63,996 nt of DNA from Paraspadella gotoi (taxonomy: Eukaryota; Animalia; Chaetognatha), in contig CM119263.1 in NCBI GenBank assembly GCA_051294375.1, positions 27,552,568 through 27,616,563 on the forward strand, in the 5' to 3' direction. This document shows positions 53,816-63,996 of this stretch, piece by piece. A program made the translations under genes and the position numbers. Numbering within the stretch: position 1 is the stretch's first letter; each line of letters begins with the position of its first letter. Under the pieces are notes generated by a model. The model worked only from the letters and a program-made list of their open reading frames with translations, made no database searches and was not told the origin of the DNA.

Positions 53816-56292
53816 CGAGAGAGAGAGAGAGAGAGAGAGATTCGTAGTTTTTTTTAATCTTTATATTTCATTTCACGCATCGATTCTTTCCTTCATTAAT
53901 CCATGCGTTTTGATTCTATTTTTATTATTATTCGTTTATTTATGAAAAATAAATATTATTTGTTGTTTTGAAAAAAAAAACCGCGACATCCTTTATATTA
54001 AAACTCAGCGGAAATCTCTGCCCTGCGTGCCGGGCGCCGTGAGTCCGCAGCACGGCGCGCGCCCGGCGCTCTGCTCTCCCGCCGCCAGCACCGCGGCGAA
54101 AACGTTGTCGCGCGCTGCGGACCAACTTGTTGCTCGTGGAGTCCGGTATCCTTGATCGTGACCTCAGCCGACGCAAATGACTCATCCCCCTCAGTCTCTT
54201 CTCCGCGCGCGCCCGGCAGGAGAGGAGGCGGAGGGGTGAGGCGGGCGAGGGAGAGAGAGCGTGAGCAGATAGATAGAGACGAGAGACACAAAACGCGAAG
54301 AAAAATGTGGAGCGTGGAGGTAATAATGAAGTGGTTGGTGATGGAAGGGGCGTGGCAAAGACCTTTTATTTACTTTTTATTTACTTTTCTTTTTCTTGAT
54401 AATGAAGTTTTTCACGTCCGTTTTTAATTCTCGATACATTTTTGTCGCAATCTTCTTGGAAATGTGTTATTACCTGAATTAGTTCTACCGTAAAATGTTT
54501 AAAATTGTTAATATTTTTAAAGTTTTGACCTCGAACGCGTTAACTAAGATACTAAAATTCTGCATTGTAACTATGAGAATTGTTTTTTAAACTATGTAAT
54601 ATTTATCTAATGATACATGTAGATTTTTCTGTTTACTAATATTTATTCCTCTGGTGTCAATCTTCGCCTAAATCATTGTCGTCGTTGCTTGTTGCTTTGT
54701 TATCTCGNNNNNNNNNNNNNNNNNNNNNNNNNNNNNNNNNNNNNNNNNNNNNNNNNNNNNNAAATTGAAATTCAAAGGTAAAATCGAAATAGTTTTTTTT
54801 TTTAAACGCAGCTGCGAGAATAAAACCAATTTATTAATTGGCTTCTCTTCTCTCCTTTATTTGCTCTTTTTTTTTCTATGGATTTTTATTTTCAATTTTC
54901 TTTCCAACTCAAGTTACAACCTCTTTAGTTCTTTAGCCAAATTAGCGCACTTTAAATTCATCTAAAAATTAAAAAAAAGATATACTATAAAAGCTTAACG
55001 AGATAAAATTCCGAGGGAATCCGACGTGTATCCCGGACGAAAAACCAATTAGGAAATTCAGGAGAGAAAAAAAAAGTTACGGAGAAGAAAAGAAAAAAAC
55101 TTGAAATTTGTGATAAATAGGTTGGATCGAATTCACGTAAGAGAAGGGAGTCAGTTCGCTTAAGTCGGTGGGGAATAGAACTACAAAAGCAAAAATAACA
55201 ACACTGTTGAGTGTTGACAACAGTGGTTTAATTTCCGCGCTCATTTTGAAANNNNNNNNNNNNNNNNNNNNNNNNNNNNNNNNNNNNNNNNNNNNNNNNN
55301 NNNNNNNNNNNNNNNNNNNNNNNNNNNNNNNNNNNNNNNNNNNNNNNNNNNNNNNNNNNNNNNNNNNNNNNNNNNNNNNNNNNNNNNNNNNNNNNNNNNN
55401 NNNNNNNNNNNNNNNNNNNNNNNNNNNNNNNNNNNNNNNNATCATGGCAGGTTTGTCAGGAAACAAGGGGATTTAATTTTACTTTTAATATCAATCGGCC
55501 AGAAAACAAGCGGATGCAATTTTTCATTTATTTGTATAATCGTCAATACATTTTCAAAACATAACATATTTTTCATTAAACTTAAACAGTAACTTTGTAA
55601 AAATACTTAGTTTTTTTAACTTTTTACCTTTTCTTCGTTTCCGCTTTTAACGAAAATATCATATATTTATCATTTATATGCATATTTCCCTGCGCGCTCG
55701 TGCGAATCATCCTTCCAAGGCTTTNNNNNNNNNNNNNNNNNNNNNNNNNNNNNNNNNNNNNNNNNNNNNNNNNNNNNNNNNNNNNNNNNNNNNNNNNNNN
55801 NNNNNNNNNNNNNNNNNNNNNNNNNNNNNNNNNNNNNNNNNNNNNNNNNNNNNNNNNNNNNNNNNNNNNNNNNNNNNNNNNNNNNNNNNNNNNNNNNNNN
55901 NNNNNNNNNNNNNNNNNNNNNNNNNNNNNNNNNNNNNNNNNNNNNNNNNNNNNNNNNNNNNNNNNNNNNNNNNNNNNNNNNNNNNNNNNNNNNNNNNNNN
56001 NNNNNNNNNNNNNNNNNNNNNNNNNNNNNNNNNNNNNNNNNNNNNNNNNNNNNNNNCGTTGCTCAATTTGTTTTACTCTCTTTTTCTCTTTCCTTTCTTT
56101 TTTTTTCGTTTCTTTTCGTTTCTTTTTTTTCAATTTCTTTTCTTTTTTATTCTGTCGTCCTGTCTTTCTTTCTTGGACCGTTGTCTTCGTCGTCGTCGTC
56201 GTCGTCGTCGTCGTGTAGTGGCGATGAAGTTAAAAAATATGATAAAGTTACGAGGACTTTCAGTCCCGAGTTTTAATATTTTGAATATGAAT

Positions 56293-56323
<31 letters not shown>

Positions 56324-56329
56324 CGAGAG

Positions 56330-56371
<42 letters not shown>

Positions 56372-56860
56372 TCACCCTTCCGAGCACAGGATAGATTTTT
56401 TGTTCCGCTTTCTGCTATCGCTTTCCCCCGATCTTTTTTTCTTTTTTACATGATAAAAAAAAAACTGCAGTTTCCCTCGCGATGACAGGATTTTTGAGTT
56501 TTTGAGAGATTTCATGACGGTTCAGTTCTCGCCAAAAAAAAAAGTCGATCCTATCGTCGTCGATCGAGACTGTCCCGGGCGGGCGTTTCCATTTGTCGGC
56601 TCCGGTCGGAGAAGTGATCTGATTGGCCAGTTTACGTTGTCACCTTGAGATTCCTCATTGGTTCGTGGAGTTTTGCTTCGTTTTGATTGGACGACAAATT
56701 CGCTACGGGGTCAGATTTGGATTCGCTTAGGCCGCCCGCGATGACTACTATGACTCGCTCTCTGTCTTTCTGAAAGAAACAAAAATATCTTCATGAAAGA
56801 AGAATAGAGATAGAAAGAAAATCAGAGAGAGAGGAGAGAGAGAGAGAGAGAGAGAAGGAG

Positions 56861-56906
<46 letters not shown>

Positions 56907-58573
56907 GCCTCTTCCGTCGCGAGGATTCGACTTGGAGTCGAATGACGAGAGCTTGGCGTGCGTCGACGAGGCAGCTTCCGCACCGCCCCCCCAAGGGGCT
57001 GGCCGGAACTACCACCCCTTTCATTAAGAGAGTAGCCGTAGAAATGGCGGCAGCCCCGCTGGAACGCGGCTTCGTGGAAAAGGAGGACAATTCTAAAGGA
57101 ATGAGCTCAGCGTCGCTTATCAATTTTGTAGTTGTTGTTGTCCTCGGGAAAAGCGTCTTAGTGAGACAATAATAAAATGAAAACGTGGAAAAGGTGAAAT
57201 GATGAGGAGTAGGTAGAAAACAATTGATGAAAATAGAAATAAGCAAGAAAAGAAAGAAAGAAAGAAGAAAGGACAAGAAGAAAGCATAAGAAAGAAAGAA
57301 AGAAAGAAAAGAAAGACAGAACGACAGAATAAAAAAGAAAAAAATGGAAAAAAAAGAAACGAAAAGAAACGAAAAAAAAAAGGAAAGAGAAAAGAGAGTA
57401 AAACAAATTGAGCAACGCGTCGCCTCTAAGCGATTTGTGGTCGAAATCTCCAAAATTTATTCATATACGGTACTCATTCTTTTTTTTTTCTTTTTTCCTT
57501 TTTTGTACATTCATCCTCTTTTCCTTTCTCTTCTTCTTTCTTCTTCTTTCTCTTCTCTCTTCTTCTCTCGACCGAAAGGTGATTCTCGAAAAGCTGGTTT
57601 TTTTCATCTCCGTCGATGATCGATGGATCGAACTGGTCACGTGACTGCGATCGAACTGGTCACGTGACTGCGATCGAGCGCGCGGGAAAATCGAAAGCCT
57701 TGCGAGGATGATTCGCACGAGCGCGCAGCGGAACGAAGAAAAGCTAAAAAAGTTTAAAAAACTAAGTATTTTTACAAAGTTACTGTTTAAGTTTAATGAA
57801 AAATATGTTTATGTTTTTGAAAATTTGTAATGACAATTATACAAATAATGAAAAAATTAAATCCCCTTGTTTCCTGACAAACCTGCCCATGATATAAAAA
57901 TAATAATCGGCTAATTGAAAACGGACTGAGTTTCAAAATGAGCGCGGAAATTAAACCACTGTTGTCAACAAGTGCTCGTTATTTTTGCTCTTGTAGTTCT
58001 ATTCCCCACCGACTTAAGTGAACTGACTCCCTTCTCTTACGTGAATTCGATCCAACCTATTTATCACAAAATTTCAAGTTTTTTTTTTTCTTTCTTCTCC
58101 GTAACTTTTTTTTTTTCTCTCCTGAATTTCCTAAATTGGTTTTTCCTCCGGTGATACTCGTCGGCTTCCCTCGGAATTTTATCTCGTTAAGCTTTTATAG
58201 TATCTCTTATCTTTTTTTTTTTTATTTTTAGATGAATTTAAAGTGCGCTAATTTGGCTAAAGAACTAAAGAGGTTGTAACTTGAGTTGGAAAGAAAATTG
58301 AAAATAAAATCCATAGAAAAAAAAAAGAGCAAATAAAGGAGAGAAGAGAAGCCAATAATAAATTGGTTTTATTCTCGCAGCTGCCGTTTAAAAAAAAAAA
58401 CTATTTCGATTTTACCTTTGAATTTCAATTTAAAAAAGGCGAGATTTTTATGAATCACATTCATCTAGCCAAATATCAGGTGGGAATATAGACAAAATTT
58501 GTGTGAATACCTGGCGAGTGATTGAGAGAGAGGGAAGAGAGGGAGGCAGGGAGAGAGAGAGAGAGAGAGAGAC

Positions 58574-58606
<33 letters not shown>

Positions 58607-61561
58607 AGAGAGAGAAGAGAGAGAGGAAAGAATAGAAAAAGGATATTTAGCGAAAGAGTTAACTTCAGAGTAAAACTTGAACTCTTTGTAAAACCTTCGC
58701 AAATAGTTTCGCTTTTACGAATTTTTTCTTTTTTTTTATAAAAAAACTAAAAACTAGAAAAGAAATCGAAAAACTTTTTAGTGAGAGCGAGAAGAGGACA
58801 AACAAAAGGAAAAGAAAAGAAGAAACGGGAAGAAAAATAAAAGAGATAAAAAAATAGGAAAATTAATATAAATTTTAAAAAAATAAAAGGCAAGGAAAAA
58901 AATAAATCAATAAGAAGAGTAAGAAAAATATCACAGAAAGAAAAAAAGAAGAACATCAAAAAGAGATAAAAAATAGTTAAAAATGATGTATAATATTAGG
59001 GGGAAACTAACTCCAGTAAGAGTGGTTAAGAAATTTGAATTAAGCACCTGCACAAACGAAAATTTAGAACTATTTTTAAAAAAAATTTGAATAACAAAAT
59101 TTTTTATATTACTCCATACTCCATATATTATTTTTTTTTAATATTTATTTATAAAATAGGAAAGGCTAAACATTTTTTTTTGCATTTTTTGATTTTTTAA
59201 AATAGATTCAGGTAGCTGCAAAAAGTTGTCTACACAAATGTAATTCTTTTTTCGATATTTTGATCATAAGTATGTGAAAAAATATGAAAAAACTATTAAA
59301 TCATTCATCATCATCATCATCATCATTTTTCATAATTTTTTATTCACTTTTTCTTAATTCTTGACCAAGAAAACATAAATATTTTTCGAAAGTTGTAGTT
59401 AAATTTTTTATTAACTTTTTATGTTGCGGCGCTCTGGATGGCGCAACCTCATCCAAAAAAGCGTTAACGAGGGGTCTTTCATTACAAATCAATGATTTTT
59501 GGATTCTGCATCTACTGGGGGCTATAGTAATATGGTGGTAGATTTCTGATAGCGAGGAGGGGCAAGAGAATAGAGACAGCAGATTAAGAAGGGTCGAGAC
59601 TTTTTTGAAAAAATTACTGTTGGTTAGCCATATAAACAGTAGACCATACAAGACTAAAGTTGGAACGCCCAGAACACGTGATGAAATTATATCAATCAAT
59701 TAAAGAATATAAAGATTGCATAAGAAGTAAGTAGTAAGGATGGTAGGTACAAGATGACAGATGGTACAGCGAGTAGAAGAGGAAAACTAAAATGTCGCGC
59801 GAGATTTGACGAGAAGAAGTGAGAGAGAATGACGATTTGGCTGAAAAAAATGCGAAGGAGGTGGAGTTCAGGTGGTTCTGCTCGCGTTTGATAAGTGGCG
59901 GATGTTGGGTGGAACGGAGGGAGAGAGAGGAGGCGAGAGGAGAAGAGGAGAGAGAGGAGATTAGGATCGGTAGATTTAGGATTAGTTTTTGGTGTTGGGA
60001 GTTCTTTTAGGTAGTGTTGAGGTTCGACCGCGGAGGGTGGCCGGCGATCGTTTGTGGTGTACGGCGCTCGTTCATTAATCGCATTGTTTGGGATGTTGCT
60101 GATTGTTGGGGAAGTGGATGTGATTTTGTTGATTTATGAGAAGATGAAAGTGATGTAGTTTGGTTTTTTGGAAAGAGAAAAAGAGCGCGGCGACGATCGT
60201 ATATATAAATTAAAAACACACGAATCAGTCGTTTATCAAAAAAAACTAACAGGTCAATCTCCTGCTCCAGTTGCCTCCCGGGCCCGCCGGAGTCTCCCGC
60301 AGCACGGCGGCGCCCGGCGACTGCTAACTACCGCCGCAGAAACAAAGCGCTCTCGGCGGAGGCGCGGAAGGGCCCCACACCGACGTGTCCGGCAACGCGA
60401 ACTGCGGACCAACTGTTCACGCTCGTGGAGTCCGGATCCTTGATCGTGGAGACTTCAGCGACGCAACAATGACTCAGTCTCTCTCTCTCTCAAAAAGACA
60501 AAAAAAAGCGGCGGGGGGCGGGGCCTTTTTCCTTGCTTGGTGGTAGTGTCATGTGTGTCGCGCCCCCCCCCCCGCAGCGCGGCGGCCCCCCGCCCCCCGC
60601 CCCCCCCCCTCCCCCTGAGGCGCGGCCCGCCCCCCCCCCGCCACGCCCGCACGCGCACCCACCCCGCCCGCGCCCGCCCGCGCCCGCGGCACCCGCACCC
60701 CCCCCCGGACCCCACCGCACGCCGCCCCCACCCCACACACCACACACCACCGCGCCCCGCCAAAGAAAAAATAGAATAGAGAAATAATAACCGCCGCCGC
60801 CGCAACGGCCTCCTCACCATCCGCGCCCGCCGCCTCGCGCTTTTTGGAGTAAGGGGCTGTATATGTACTCCCCGGTTCCTATTTACTTTATTACTTTTCG
60901 TTTTTCTTTGATAATAAGTTTTTTCATCGTGTTCTGCTTTTAATTTCTCGACCAACACTCTGGAAATTCGTATTTAAAACCTTGGTCTCTGTAGTAAGTT
61001 TAGCCGTTAAACGTGATGTGTAAAATGTGTAATATGGTAAGGATGACGTCCCGAACGGGTTAACTTAAATACTAAAATTACATGCAATAATGAGATAACT
61101 AACAAAAAATAATGAATAAATAGATATTTAAACAAATAAATAATAATAATTATTATATAAAAAATTATAATAACTAATAGATACAATGTAGAATTATATA
61201 TTCTGAATAATATTGTATATTAACTAAAATAAATTTATAAACAAACATCGTTGGTGTGTCATCGTTCGTCCAAATCATTGTCGTCGTTTGTTGTGTATCT
61301 CATCCTTCCTAAGTTCGGTTCGCGTCCTTGTTTGCCAGGTGAACATACATTTACTTGGTCTCAAACAAAAGAAAAAAACAACAAAGGATAGTAAGCGGTA
61401 GTTTATAAGCCGTGCAGGAAGATAGAGCAAAAGTCTTTCCAACCCTGGTGTCCCTGAGTAACTACAGTCCGGCTCCTTTTAAAGGAGATAGAGATAGAAA
61501 AAAAACATCTCCATAAAATCGGAAAAATAAGACTAATTTAAGAAAATAAAGACTCTGTATC
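53165..61561. repeat. Complex duplicated block with inverted and direct copies
   Basis: Inverted pairs: ~53165-53350 with 61355-61560, 54763-55250 with 57930-58430, 55441-55720 with 57700-57895, and 56057-56170 with 57300-57418. Noisy direct pair: ~53400-54700 with 58790-61300. The block contains several gaps and ends at a 25-N gap. Confidence 0.85.
57626..57676. repeat. 23-bp tandem duplication carrying two palindromic GTCACGTGAC (E-box/CLEAR-type) motifs
   Basis: GATCGAACTGGTCACGTGACTGC occurs twice in exact tandem. Confidence 0.8.
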
Positions 61562-62654
61562 NNNNNNNNNNNNNNNNNNNNNNNNNCAACAACAACAACG
61601 ACACTGGAAACTCCGAAATCGTCTGGTCTTCGTCGTAAACTCGTCGAAGAACTTCATATGAAAAAAAAATCAATAAAATTTAATTTCTATTTTATTTTTT
61701 AGATATTTTTTTTCTCCGTGGATCTGAGGGTCACGATTTTGAATCACGTTCTTCCTACAAAAAAGCTTCAAGTTTAATCATAAAATTGTATTTTCGTTTT
61801 ATAATTTAATTAACTTGTCTATTAAAATTAAACCCAAACAAATTAGAATTGTGATACACTCACACATACAACGTGACACACTGAAACCCGCCGCTAGAAA
61901 AAAATTGCCATTGGCAAACCTGTAAAGACTTTTCAATCTTAAACATTTTTTGTGTCGTAAAAAACAAAACTATTTTTATATCCAAATTTCATATTGATTG
62001 GTTTTGATTAAACGTGACAATAGGCGGAGACAAGTAGCTTTTAAAAAAATATTATAAAAAATATATTGGAGTTTTTTAAATGAGAGACTACTTTCAAAAC
62101 CACTTTTTTCCGATCATTGACGAGTCAATGAAATTTAAATATAAAAATAATTTTGGTTTTTTCCTGCAAAAAAAATCTTTTAGATGGCGTGTTTTTTCTA
62201 TCTGCGTGTTTCAGAGTGTCATCTTGAATGTTCATTTATAAAATAAATACTCGTTTCTCGTCACATTTCATACTAACAAGTTAATTGATTCTTGCTTAAA
62301 AATTTGATACAAAAATCTTAGAAAAGTTCACGGAATGCGGGCACTCGTCAATCCTGTAACCGACTGTACTTTTTTTTTAAACTCCTTTTGTTTTTACAAT
62401 AAACGTCGAAAGTTCAATCCCACTTTACAAATAAACAATTAACATTTTATCGGATTATGATTTCTGCCCAAGAATCGATTATCGAGTTAAGAGAGAGGCC
62501 AGTCGAATTTTTCCTTTCGAAATTCCACTCCCCGGTTCTTTTTTCTTGTTTTCTTTGTTTCGGTTTTGTTTTATTTATCGATTGCGCATTTGTTTTTATC
62601 CTTGACTCGATTTCGATCCCGAGGTCGGATCTTCAGGTGCGTCAACCAGTCTCA

Positions 62655-62685
<31 letters not shown>

Positions 62686-63155
62686 TGTAATCCCCGTCGG
62701 CCGTCGCGGTCCAACGAATTCCGAATAAAAACCGTTTCGCTTTATTTTTTTAAATTTCCTTTTTTTTTTCTTTTCAAATCCTTTTTTCTTCGCTTTGACA
62801 ATTTGAAATATAATATTTCCATCGAGTCACGCACGTTTTTTTTAATGACTCAAAATTCTCAAGGGGCTCTTTCCTCGTGGTTTTTTTAGATTTAGCGAGA
62901 TTTTAAAAGCGAATCTATTTATAGAGTAAATGCGTAAAAAGAGTTCGTAGTAAAATTGAGATGAAAATTCCGCGCGAAGACGAGAAATCCGCAACAAAAT
63001 CCCGACAACGTAAACAATGGAAACAAAGGTTACGTCTCTCTAAATGAAAATAAATGAAATTCTTTTCCATTCGCGTTTCAAAGTTTTTTTTTAATCTTTT
63101 TGTCTTTTTCATTTTTTTTTTTTTTTTTGCCAAGATGAGAAGGACAGAAGAGATT

Positions 63156-63187
<32 letters not shown>

Positions 63188-63996
63188 CGAGAGAGAGAGA
63201 GAGAGAAGAGAGAGAAGAGGAGAGAGAGAGAGAGAGNNNNNNNNNNNNNNNNNNNNNNNNNNNNNNNNNNNNNNNNNNNNNNNNNNNNNNNNNNNNNNNN
63301 NNNNNNNNNNNNNNNNNNNNNNNNNNNNNNNNNNNNNNNNNNNNNNNNNNNNNNNNNNNNNNNNNNNNNNNNNNNNNNNNNNNNNNNNNNNNNNNNNNNN
63401 NNNNNNNNNNNNNNNNNNNNNNNNNNNNNNNNNNNNNNNNNNNNNNNNNNNNNNNNNNNNNNNNNNNNNNNNNNNNNNNNNNNNNNNNNNNNNNNNNNNN
63501 NNNNNNNNNNNNNNNNNNNNNNNNNNNNNNNNNNNNNNNNNNNNNNNNNNNNNNNNNNNNNNNNNNNNNNNNNNNNNNNNNNNNNNNNNNNNNNNNNNNN
63601 NNNNNNNNNNNNNNNNNNNNNNNNNNNNNNNNNNNNNNNNNNNNNNNNNNNNNNNNNNNNNNNNNNNNNNNNNNNNNNNNNNNNNNNNNNNNNNNNNNNN
63701 NNNNNNNNNNGGCTTTTATTTAAGAATTTCTGCGCCTACTTAATTCGTAGCTCATCTTTTTTCTTGTTCCTTTTATTTTTATTCATAATTACTTTGAATA
63801 TTTGTTTTTTGATAGATATTCGTCTTTCGATCGATTGCGCCATCTTCCACAGCTTTTCCACACAGTTTCCGCTCGACGCAAACAAAAGACTCGTCGACTC
63901 TCGATTTCCTTCCGACGTAAAACTTCTTGTTTCGATCGAGTTAATCCAAAGACTCCATCCTCCAGTCATGTCGTCGTCGTCGTCGTCGTCGTCGTC

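Noticed and set aside
55077-56394. Long ORFs spanning N runs (also 63054-63743)
   Set aside because: They are open only because the gaps translate as X.
60455-60958. Pro/Gly/Arg-rich ORFs in a GC-rich stretch
   Set aside because: This C-run-rich segment sits inside a noisy duplicate and is much longer and more C-rich than the matching part of the cleaner copy near 54.2 kb. It is probably low-quality read sequence.

Overview
AT-rich, intron-containing eukaryotic (most likely invertebrate animal) genomic DNA, dense in (GA)n/(CT)n microsatellites and interrupted by nine N-gaps, four of them exactly 25 N. Supported genes: the 5' half (TM1-TM3) of a class A peptide-type GPCR (- strand, ~14.7-15.5 kb); an 8-exon mitochondrial-clan cytochrome P450 (+, ~33.3-36.7 kb); a two-exon NUDT21/CPSF5 convergent with it (-, 36962-37808); and, most notably, a predicted two-exon NLR-like gene (+, 45742-49667) joining a DZIP3-type HEPN domain, a NACHT NTPase and a KLHDC1/2-like Kelch propeller in place of LRRs. 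Non-coding elements include an inverted pair of minimal hammerhead ribozymes in a ~200-bp hairpin within telomere-like repeats, a Helentron/HINE-like dispersed repeat family, a Tc1/mariner-type MITE in a P450 intron, tRNA-derived SINE heads and a 28-bp minisatellite. Several kilobase-scale, indel-rich inverted duplications near 25-N gaps are probably assembly artefacts. Most ORFs in the supplied track are microsatellite or low-complexity noise. All family assignments are by eye from motifs; no searches were run.
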